Shown: positions 54,458 to 64,000 of the stretch, piece after piece
How the letters are laid out: the number at the start of each line of letters is the position of its first letter
How positions within the stretch are numbered: the first letter of the stretch is position 1
NCBI RefSeq assembly: GCF_025526975.1
Contig: NW_026515691.1
Coordinates: 434,001 to 498,000, forward strand
DNA length: 64,000 bases
Reading direction: 5' to 3'
DNA from: Fimicolochytrium jonesii
Lineage: Eukaryota
Translations under genes and position numbers: made by a program
The notes under the pieces: generated by a model
Told to the model about the DNA's origin: nothing
The model's database searches: none
Seen by the model: the letters and a program-made list of their open reading frames with translations, nothing else

Positions 54458-55406
54458 ATGCCCGAAATGGACGACAACATCGACTACTACGCTGTCCTCG
54501 GCGTCAAGCAGGACGCTACCGAGGACGCCGTGCGTCAGGCTTATATCAAGGAGTCGGTATGTAGAGCTCGCCCGTGATCTAGGGAACGGCACAGGGCCAG
54601 GACGTGGACTGCTGGCAGTATTTTCACTTTCTGGGGGGAGGCCGGCATGCGTTGGACGGCCACGCTCAAGCGAGCGGCTTCTTCTCAGTGTCTTATTGTC
54701 TTTCTTCCCACCTCTCGCAGCTCAAATGGCACCCCGACAGAAACCCCTCCACCGAATCCACCGCCCGTTTCCAACAAATCGCCCAAGCCTACTTCGTCCT
54801 AAGGTAATTTGCATCCCACCCTCACCGTCCCACCCTCCCCTCCTCAGTCACTAACCACGCCCATTCATGATTATCTCAGCGACAAGAACCGCCGAACAGC
54901 CTACGACCGCGCCCGCCGCGAAAAGAAGCGGTATGCCGCCCCCAGCGAGGAGCCCGTGAACGCTGAGGCTATGTTTGGGAATGTGTTTGATGATCTTTTG
55001 GTGCCGGAGGTTCCTAACGTGAGTTCGATCATATTTTCATGCGGTGGACGTATTGCATGTCATTTCGATGAGCTCACGTATTTTTGGATCATTTTATTTC
55101 CAGCCTGTGTGGTTCTGGGAACCAGTCGGTGGAGTCGCCGGTTTCGTCGTAGGTTTCATCGTCTTCAACATCCCCGGCGCCCTCTTTGGCGCCTACACCG
55201 GGAAGAAGATGGGGAAAGTGCGCGATATGAAGGGTGTCGCGGTTTACGAGGCTTTCGCTAAGGTAGGCCCACAATATTCCTCATCTTCCAACACTTGCCG
55301 GGACGGTATTGATATATTTTTTTGTCCTGTTCTGCAGCTGTCAAAAGACCGCAAAGCAGAAATCCTCGCAGCCCTCGCTGGGAAATTCTTGCCCAAGGCT
55401 TTCTAG
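54458..55406 (+). CDS. DnaJ-domain protein with a C-terminal Gly-rich hydrophobic hairpin
   Basis: DYYAVLGV...KWHPDRN...FQQIAQAYFVLSD..RR.YD; five exons. Confidence 0.9.
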
Positions 55407-55726
55407 AAAGTGGACAATATCCGCGCTGCCACACATCCAATCAAAACCGCAAATACGTGCCTCATCAAACATTCACACAAACCTACCACCCCCACTTTTA
55501 ATATGTTACGAGTACCCGGCGATATCTGTTGCGCTTGTAGTTATGTAGTTTTCTTTACCTAGTCTTTTGTACGATCAATTGTACCGAATTTTGCCTCTTC
55601 ACTTTCGTTGTCGGCTGTATATATGGGCCATATGTACGCGTCTCAAACACAATATGTACATCTCTCAGCTCAATGTGCGCTACGCCGCCTCCACGTCCTC
55701 AGCACCCATACGCCGAAAGTCCTCAT

Positions 55727-56790
55727 TCAAACCGACCCCCCACTCTCACTCCCACTCCCACTCCCCGCCCATCCATTCCTCCCATAATTCTCCGCAACAA
55801 GCGCCCAAATATCAAACCTCTCCCTCCTCGCCAGCCACTCATCATACCCCGCATCCAACTCCTTCCTCACCGCCTCCTTCCACCCGACCCGTAACACCCC
55901 CCAAGCCGATTGTGCGCGCGTGATCCCCGGTCTCGTCGCGGAATCGAAGCTGGGACGCGGTGACCCGGGGTTCGACTGGGAGGATGTTGATTTCTTGCGG
56001 ATGATTTCGGGAAGAGTGGCTTCGAAATATTGTGCCCGGCGTTCGGCGCTGATGGAGTCGGAGACGATCCCCATTGCTGTTTCGGGGTTGACCATTGACA
56101 TCAACAGGCCGGGTTTGCGCTGGACTTGCTCTACCGGGAGCAGTGATGTTAAATTGTTGGGGAGGGGTGGTGGTGTGAGGATAGCGTCTGCGTCGTCTGT
56201 GTTGTCGTTGATGGTTGTAGGTGGTGGTGTGAGGGGTGGCGAATGGGCTGGAGAGAGAGGTTTGAGCGCTTTGGGCAAATGTCGTTCCGAACTAGCAATC
56301 GACGAGATATGGAACATGCCGACTTGTCGGGTGGTGTGGTTATACCCGTGGCACCATCCGTCCGTAAACGTCTTTGGAAAATCGCATCAAACTGTATGAG
56401 TATGGGTTTCCTTGGGCTACCAATATCGGGTTTTTGTTTTCGTACCATGGAAATCGTCATCACATCCCCCACACTCAACCCCACCTCATCCTTCTTCCTC
56501 GGCCTCGCATCTTTAATCACCACATACGTCGGTAACCCCTCGTTGCCCTGCAGGAACGCAGGTAACGTATGCATGAGGGGGTTATTCTCGACGTGATGGA
56601 AATCGGCCCCATTCTTCTCGACCCCGTTCTTCCCAATGTCGCGGTTATCTTCGAGCTGGAAGTACTGTCTTTTGGTTTCGAGGGAGCGATTGCGGTGCCG
56701 GGTGACGAGCAGGTAGGCGGTGCCGAGAAGGAGAGCGAGGATGAGGATGGTCGAGAGGGTCGTTACGACTATTACAGGGATTAGTTCCAT
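55727..56790 (-). CDS. Single-pass membrane protein with an SH3 domain
   Basis: N-terminal TM helix; YVVIKD..P..KDEVGLSVGD...WCHGYN....GMF SH3-like motif split by an intron near 56.4 kb. Confidence 0.7.
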
Positions 56791-57128
56791 GTTGGCGAAT
56801 GTGGCGGGCGGGGCGGAGTCGGGGTTCCTGCCCCGTGTGGTAATTCTCGGTGGGGGAGAGTCCTGGGACTGGCCTAGCTCTACCAGCAGGCGATGGCCTA
56901 TAGCATTCTCCTTCGGTTCTTATGTTTGTTCTGGCGCCGTTGGAAGAGTGAGGTGGTGGGTGTGGGTTGTCGTTGAGCAAGCGGCGAGCGCAGCCTCACA
57001 AGCGCACGGAAGAGGCTTCTCACGCGCGGACAGTCTTGACATTTCGGAACTTCCGTAACTTCGTGTTGGCCACTGGAAGGAAGGGGTGGTCGGGAAGCGC
57101 TTTGCTATATAAAGTAGGACTAGCAGCC

Positions 57129-59628
57129 ATGGCATCAGCCAGCATATCCCACACCCTCCCCGCTCTCTTCCGGCCATGTCTATCCCGACATCGAGCCTTT
57201 GTCTCCAAATTCGAGCCCCACCGCTCCCTCAAGAAGCGAGCATTCCACCGCACCTTCATCAGCCGCCAGCAACCGAAGAAAGATGAACCACCAATGCTTA
57301 TCACAACGCCTATATTCTACGCCAATGCAGGTTTGTGCATTTCACTCCTATGTATGCATGTGTATGATCTTTGTGTTGAAATACCCGTCTTTTTGCTTTG
57401 CAGAACCACATATCGGACACCTGTATTCAACAGTCCTCGCCGACGTGCTAAAACGGTTCTACGAGTTGAAAGGGCGGGAGGTTGTTTTTTCGACGGGGAC
57501 GGATGAGCATGGGCAGAAGGTGAGGCTGGTTACCGTCGCCGGCGGGATGTTGCGCGATGAAGGAAATGTTGACGATGTGGTTGTGAAGGATAGATTCAGG
57601 AAGCTGCCCAGAGGAAAGGGATAGATACGTTGAAGTTCTGCGATGAGGTTTCTCAAAAGTTCAAGGTAGGTGGGACTACCCTATGGATTAGGACGCAAAA
57701 CGGTTTCCTGATGGGGAAGGGGAAATCCATTCGCAGACATTATTCGAAGCCGCCAACATTTCCTACACCGACTACATCCGGACGACTGAACCGAGGCAGA
57801 AACGCGCTGTGCAGGCTCTTTGGGTACGACATTTCGGATATGAGCTACGTCAATGGTTCAAGGTTGGCAATCGGGCTAATGAGGATGGAATGTAGACGGA
57901 TTTGCGAGACCGGGGATATATTTACAAGGGCACGCATGAAGGGTGGTATTCGGTCTCGGATGAGACGTTCTATCCCGCGACGCAGGTTGAGGAGGTTAGG
58001 GCCGCTGATGGGACTACGAAGATGGTATGTACACGCATAGTCGTTTTGAATTTCCCCCGGATCTCTTTGGTAAACCTGACGATTGGTCAACACAGGTCTC
58101 GAAAGAAACCGGCCAACCCGTAACCTGGACCACCGAAGAAAACTACAAATTCCGTCTCAGCGCCTTCCAATCCCAACTCCAATCCTGGCTCACACAAAAC
58201 CCCACGGGTACCCACCCTCCTTCTCCTTTTTTCTCCCCCTTTCCTCCCACTAAAACCCTCCCCCTCCTTTCCACAGCAATCCACCCCCCCCAAAAACACC
58301 ACCTGATCCTCTCAACCCTCACCACCCACTCCCACGAACAACTCGCAGACCTCTCCGTCTCCCGTCTTCGCTCACGCATGCAGTGGGGGATCCCCGTGCC
58401 GGGGGATGAGGAACATGTGGTGTATGTGTGGCTGGATGCGTTGGCGAATTATTTGACCGTGCTGGGGTATCCGTGGACGGAGGGTGAGACCGGGATGAGG
58501 GCAAGGATGCAGAGGGCGTGGCCGGCGGCGTGGCATGTTGTTGGGCAGGATATCCTCAAGTACGTCCTACTCCCAAAAAATCTCTCAATCCCCTCATCCG
58601 CGCCAATCCATACTGAATACCCGAATGACCATCTACGCAGATTCCACGCAATCTACTGGCCCGCCTTCCTCCTCGCCGTCAACCTCCCCCCACCCATCCG
58701 GATCCTCGCCCACGCCCACTGGCTGCGCCACCACGTCAAAATGTCCAAATCGCGCGGAAACGTAGTCGACCCCATGGCCGCCATCGCAACCTACGGCGTC
58801 GATTCCGTGCGGTGGTTTTTGATGCGGGATAGTGCATTGGTTTATGATTCGGGTGCGTTTTATTCGTGCGGTTTCACTGGGGGAGTGGATGGTTTTCAGA
58901 TGCGTGTGCTGGATTTTTTGATACCTTTTTTTTTGGGGGGGTAGATTTTTCGGATGAGATGATACATCAACGGTATACGAAAGACCTGGAACGGCAGTTT
59001 GGAAACCTGGTCATGCGGTGTTGTGCGCCCAAAGTCAATAAACGGATGCTCGCGCCCTCGAGCCCGGGAACACTCACCGACGCCGATCGGGAGTTGCATG
59101 ATAGTTTGGCTGCCCTCCCAGGTAAGACCACAAAGAACCCACCGGCCCCTCCCCCAACACCCGCTGAAACGTCATCCCCACACGCGGTTCGAAACCTTTT
59201 CTTTTTTAGGCATTGTAGAAACATGTTACGAGAACGCCGAATTTGCCGCCGCCCTCGAACACATCACACACACCATCTCCCTCGCCAACAGACACTGGGA
59301 CGCCACGAAACCCTGGCTCCTCGCGCGCACCTCACCCTCCTCCTCCGCCGCGGCCGATATCCTCGCCCAAGACCGCCTCCGCACGATACTGTACTACGCT
59401 ATCGAAACCGTGCGTGTATGTGGGATACTCCTGCAGCCCGTGATGCCCGGGAAGATGGGGGTGTTGTTGGATGGGCTTGCGGTGGGCGAGGGGGAGAGGG
59501 GGTGGGGGAACGCGCGGGTTGGGGGGAGGTGGGTGGGTGGTGATGGGAGGGAAGAAGTGGTTGTGAGGGAGGGGTGGGAGGGGACGGTTGTGCCGGTGCA
59601 GAGACCGTTGTTTCCTAGGTTGATGTAG
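57129..59628 (+). CDS. MSM1: Mitochondrial methionyl-tRNA synthetase
   Basis: Presequence, ITTPIFY, PHIGH, GTDEHGQK, WGIPVP, YVWLDAL and KMSKSRGN; multi-exon. Confidence 0.93.
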
Positions 59629-59688
59629 TGGGGTGGGGATAGAGTTATGTAGAAAGATAGATTTGTCTTTTTATGTAGATACAGGATA

Positions 59689-59783
59689 CAAGTTGCCATC
59701 ATCGGCGATGCCTCCGGCAGAGGTACAATGATGTGGATGGCAGATAACCACCACGGAAAATGGGAACGGGTGAAAACTCTAGA
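59689..59783 (-). ncRNA. Candidate Fanzor omegaRNA scaffold / transposon right end
   Basis: Lies immediately 3' of the Fanzor stop; TGCCATC/GATGGCA stem enclosing CATC/GATG and CCTC/GAGG hairpins; bounded by TA at 59687-8. Confidence 0.45.
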
Positions 59784-62059
59784 CTACCGGGAGAATGCGT
59801 CTGGTCTGTGGCCATTGCCAAGCACCACCGAACGCACAATCGAGAGGAAATTCTTGGTGCTTAGGACGTCCCGATTGTGCACTTTCATCCGTAGTCGTAG
59901 TGGCCGTCTTCCAGGAATCTCAAATGGCGCCCAGTCTTGGTTGATACATTCAGGGTTGGGGCAACCCACCAATCCATGGACGAATTCCATTCTTCCCTTT
60001 CTAGCTTGCCATGGCCGAGATGACAGCCGCTGTCGGATGTTTTTCTTCACACGGCCATGGCAGTCGGGGCACACGGACGATGTTCGATACTCATCTAGCA
60101 AGTAGCATGGAATGCTGTTTCTTGCAAAGAGTGTGCGGAATCTAAATTCCATGATGAGTTAGCATATTATAGTACATAAAGAACAATGATGGTCACTCAC
60201 CCCTTGGTTTTTGATGACTCCTGAAAGCGCATCGTTTTCCCAGCATCGCTCCAATCTCACCCAAGATGACCGAAAAATGCTTTTCATACCGGCGTCGCAT
60301 GTTCTTGATGAGCTTGCTCTCAGACTTTTGTCACAGTGAGAACGCCTTGAACCTGCGAGCGACATGAATCTCATCCTGGTAAAACTCATCCAGGGCGGGA
60401 TCTTGAATATGGATGTCAGCCCATGTTGACCCAAATTTGAAGACGATACATGATACATCATACCTGCATGTTCGTAATCCACGATGAACGCTGAGAACGC
60501 CTCGATGTTCATGCTCTTGTGCGACGGAATCTGTGATTCCATCTCAGCAACGCCGGCATTGATCTTCCGCTCTGTCATGTCTCTCTGAACGTACCGCGAC
60601 TTTGTCCCGACCGCCCGTTGATTGGATGTATATCTGATGAGGGGCGGTGTTTTGTGAGAATGTGACAACGGATGGTGGGGACAGTGAAGGGGGGGGGGGG
60701 GGGGGATGGTGGAGACGGGGACGAGGACAGGGTTGGCCTCGACACCGTCATGCAGGTCATCAACATGGGCCACGTGACGAGCGATATGACACACGACGGC
60801 GACAAGCAAACCAACCGCGGCCGCTCCCTCATTGGCGGCGTTCCCATCGACAGCTCCGTGCTCGTCCAACTCTATCGACAAACTCCTCGCCCAGATCCGC
60901 GACGGTGGCAACCGCTACACCATGATTAGCGCCACCGAGGCCCTCATTGCCAAAATGGCTGCGGAAGCCGCCAACGCCGTCTGGACCGACTTCGTTGCCC
61001 GTGTCCGCAAACAGGGGAACCACCCCTTCCAAGTCAACATCCGCAAACACCTCCGCACCATCTTCCGCAAAGTCGAGGGTTGGGGGGGGGGGGGTTGGGG
61101 GATGGTGGGGACAGCAGGGCAGTAGTACTTAGCAGTAGTCGGCAGAGGAAGCAGGTGACTGAGCGAACTCTATGTTTTGTGAGATGTAGTACTGTGAAGT
61201 ATGTATTGAAGTCTCTTAGAGAAGTCTGAAGTGTAGAAAAGAGGACGCGAGGTCCGAAAGGGAAGAAAAGAGTAAGCTCCTGTATGCGTAAGCGTGGCGT
61301 AAGCGGGAGGTGAGTCACAAGGGGAACCTAGCTACGGGAACCCTAACTAAGGACTCGGGAGTATGAAACCTCCAACAGTAGTAATCAACTGAAACTTACC
61401 GAAATGGCCGCTCCTTCTTGTTGTCTCGACAGAATAGGAGGTAACGCTTGCCCGGATCAATGGAGACGATGTTTGGAGCCTCCCTTAAGTCATCAATGTG
61501 ATGCTCAAAATACAGCTGCTTGACTTCTTCCCGCATTTGGGCCTTGCTGCGCTTCCGGGCCCGACACCCATACTTGAGCCCTGGCGTCTTGAAGTGGATG
61601 GTAACGGAATACCCGTCGGTGCTAATTGACCCATCAAACTTGAGACCAAGCTTCTTTCGATGTTTGAAGACCTTGTCCTACAATCCGTCAATCAGCGACG
61701 TAATCTGTTTGAATCAAGCACAGAAGGGTACAGACTTAACTTACATTCACATTGAGAATCTGCCCCCACAGCTCCTGCTTGCGTTCACCAGTGAGTTTCC
61801 CCACGCAACGTCGGCCGACATCCAGGATATGTGTGCCTAGGATCAGCGTGTCGATCCAAACAGATGACTGGATTTGAGATTTGCGCAGCGGGATAGCGGA
61901 AAACAGCCGCATTCCACGGCGCTCATAGAGGCGTGAGAGCTCACAGCAGGCGCCTGTGGAGAGGCAGGTGTGGACCATGATTAGACAAAAGAAGAAGCTG
62001 AGGGGGGGGGGGGGGGAGCGGAAATACACTAACTCACCTAAATAGGGCATTGTGTCCAC
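59784..62059 (-). pseudogene. Fanzor1 (TnpB-like RNA-guided endonuclease), intron-containing, disrupted and 5'-truncated by an LTR insertion
   Basis: Spliced FSAIPLRKS...IDT...FDGSISTDGYSV...IVSIDPGKR (RuvC-I D, 61456-8)...RYTSNQR...GDWS...LLDEYRTSSVCPDC (RuvC-II E, 60090-2)...VHGLVGCPNPEC...NRD (RuvC-III D, 59868-70)...RPDAFSR*; premature TGA at 60331-3 and a +2 frameshift near 60257. Confidence 0.92.
60670..61114 (+). mobile_element. Insertion inside Fanzor intron, flanked by 15-bp direct repeats
   Basis: GGATGGTGGGGACAG at 60670-60684 and 61100-61114; poly-G tracts just inside both ends; coding-like interior. Confidence 0.55.
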
Positions 62060-62333
62060 TGTCGGGGAATCTCATCTTCACTTGTATTTCATATTATACC
62101 TCTTTACTTCTACTTGATCCGAGACCCGGGCTGGCCACCCGAGCTCTCGGTGATACATTATATAAGGCGCCCAGCCTCACTGAAGCCACGCAAGCCCCAC
62201 TGGCAGCCCATATATAAAGCTGTCAGTCGAGCGGCCGCTGCGAAGAGCTTCTTACTTTTTTCTTCACTACAATACACTGCTCTCAGCCCTCTCAGAAGGG
62301 CCCAATCTCGTCTACGTTTCCTCTGACGTTACA
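62060..62333 (+). repeat. 5' LTR of a Ty3/gypsy retrotransposon
   Basis: Starts TG exactly where Fanzor coding similarity stops, ends CA, contains TATATAAAG (about 62211), and is followed directly by TGGTAGC. Confidence 0.75.
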
Positions 62334-62346
62334 TGGTAGCAACACC
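62334..62346 (+). promoter_or_regulatory. Primer binding site (probably tRNA-iMet)
   Basis: TGGTAGC directly after the LTR CA, complementary to a tRNA 3' end ...GCUACCA. Confidence 0.6.
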
Positions 62347-62427
62347 TACCACTAGCATCACCAAGACATTCCTCGTCAACGTTGCCCCTCTACCGGACGT
62401 CCCCCTTACACTCGTTCACAAGCAAGA

Positions 62428-63765
62428 ATGGACGCACAGACTCAAGCTCTTGTTGCGGCTGTCGCAGCTGCTTTCGCTAGTCAGCAGCGTGCTGTTACGC
62501 AGGACGACCAACGAGCCAAACGTTTCAAACTTCTTATGGACGCTCGCAAGAACAAGCTCGTCGAATACCATGGCGCCAAAGCTGCCAAACAGATACAAGA
62601 GTTCGTTACGTCTCACCACAACTTTCTCGAGTCTCTGAATGTCCCGGCTGTACCAGCTGGAACAGACGGCACTGGAGCTGCCAACGCCATAGCCTTTACT
62701 ATGGCAGAGTACGCCCCTACGCTTACTACCTACCTCAAGGGTACTGCTCTCGAGTGGTGCAATACGACTTACGCCGGTGGACCTCCCGCAAATTGGGCAG
62801 CTTTTGGAACGGCTCTTGTCGCTCACTTCTATCCTCGCAACTTGCGTAATACTATTGAGCTCAAGCTCTCCGGTCTCAAGCTTGGTGACTCTCTCGAAAA
62901 ATACATCAAGGAGTTTCAGGACACCAATAATGAGCTCGAAGCTGCTCATCGTCTTGATAACACTCAAGGCACCATTCCCCTTATCGATCAGATTCGATAC
63001 TTCAAGGCTGGTTTTCTCAAGAATACGGTAATCGGTCATTATCTCGCTGAAGCCGTTACAAACTTCGAAGTCTCGGGCACTACCAATATCAACACCCCTA
63101 TCACTCTCGATCAAGCTATCACTGCAGCTCGTCGTGCTCATGTGGCTCATGGGTTCACTGACGGCAACCAAGCCAATACGCCTCGTCCGATTGCCTCGGC
63201 ATCAAGTGCTCGTGGCGGCCGTGGAGCCAGCCGCGGTCGGGGTAGTCGTGGCGGTGGTCGTGGCGGATGATTCGCCCCTTACACCAATCCTCGAATTACG
63301 GAATTTGAGCAAGACTTAGATGATATGACCTTTGGGCTCAATGCTTTTGGTACGTCATACTATCCCCCTGGAGTGAGTCGTCTCACTACAGGTCAAGTTT
63401 CCTACCAACGTCAGCAGCCCTTTTGTCGACGTGGACAATGGCAAACTACTCACATCCCTCGTCAACGTCCAACAACTCCTTGTCCTCTTTGTAACAAAAT
63501 GGGACATTGGAGGGTTGAATGCTGGTCAAATCCCGAAAATCGACAGCAAGGACTTCAAACCCAGAACCAATGCGGTGGTTTTTGACAGCGCGGTCGTGGC
63601 GCTCAAACTCCGCAGCGCAGTCGCCAACCTAATCAACAACAAGGTTCAGCGAATCAGGTTGATGCTGGGTCACGCATTACGGAAATTCTCGATGACGCCG
63701 TCAACTCTGCGAATACTACAAGTACTACTACAAATCAATCTTCGAGTTTTTTCCAAGGTCGATAG
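62428..63765 (+). pseudogene. gag: Gag (retrotransposon gag domain plus CCHC zinc knuckle) with two premature in-frame TGA codons
   Basis: LKGTALEW...W..F...L..HF...Y..EF; CPLCNKMGHWRVEC in the same frame after TGA 63268-70; second TGA 63583-5; final TAG 63763-5. Confidence 0.85.
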
Positions 63766-64000
63766 AGCCCCTCGGTAGCTCTGCTCGGCCTACAACATAC
63801 GATCCTACAGATAAACCTGCCTTCGAACCACTGTCTGCTGGACTCTGGGTCTCTCATTGTCGCATCGGAAACAAGTTTGCTTGTGTTCTCTTTGATAGCG
63901 GAGCAACTGGGTTATTCCTTGACAAGACATTCGTCAAAAAGCACAAGTTTCCCAAGAAACGTATCGAACCAAAGCAGATATGGCTGGCCGACAAAGAATC
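63747..64000 (+). CDS. pol: Pol N-terminus (aspartic protease), -1 frame relative to gag, partial
   Basis: Open frame from the T TTT TTC heptamer to the window end, containing VLFDSGATGLFLD. Confidence 0.85.

Larger units (their letters stand above)
62060..64000 (+). mobile_element. Ty3/gypsy LTR retrotransposon (5' part; continues beyond the window)
   Basis: LTR, PBS, gag and the start of pol in the expected order. Confidence 0.9.

Noticed and set aside
60159..60911. 250-aa ORF as a stand-alone gene
   Set aside because: Chimeric reading of the intronic insertion, one true Fanzor exon and intron read-through
63832..63852. CLLDSGS as the retroviral protease active site
   Set aside because: It is in a different frame from the open pol frame; LFDSGAT at 63888-63908 has the proper context

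Overview
Intron-rich eukaryotic DNA, most likely from a zoosporic fungus (chytrid, probably Spizellomycetales). This assignment is inferred from short GT-AG introns, an SCLT1-like centriolar gene, SOSS-B and UBE2E-type genes, and a close relative of the Spizellomyces Fanzor. The backbone is housekeeping genes, often in divergent pairs: ZNF830-like, TOM7, septin, SOSS-B/NABP, a DUF98-like gene, LSG1, mitochondrial bL9, a GT32 glycosyltransferase, a cNMP-binding protein, SCLT1-like, tRNA-Asp, a CAMK-like kinase, mitochondrial uL13, DYS1, a UBE2E-like E2, RAP1, class I myosin, a DnaJ protein, a TM-SH3 protein and mitochondrial MetRS. Several accessory tracts interrupt it: an intronless OTT_1508-type deaminase cassette (about 4.0-7.15 kb), an intronless BTB gene (11.9-12.9 kb), a 313-bp Tc1/mariner derivative with perfect 26-bp TIRs, and decayed gene-like tracts. 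The standout is 59.7-64 kb: a five-intron Fanzor1 (eukaryotic TnpB-like RNA-guided nuclease) gene with an intact RuvC D-E-D triad and a candidate omegaRNA/right end. It is inactivated by a stop, a 2-bp frameshift and a Ty3/gypsy LTR retrotransposon inserted into its coding region, and it also carries an insertion in one intron. All family assignments come from motif recognition and manual splicing, not from database searches; some gene ends are approximate.
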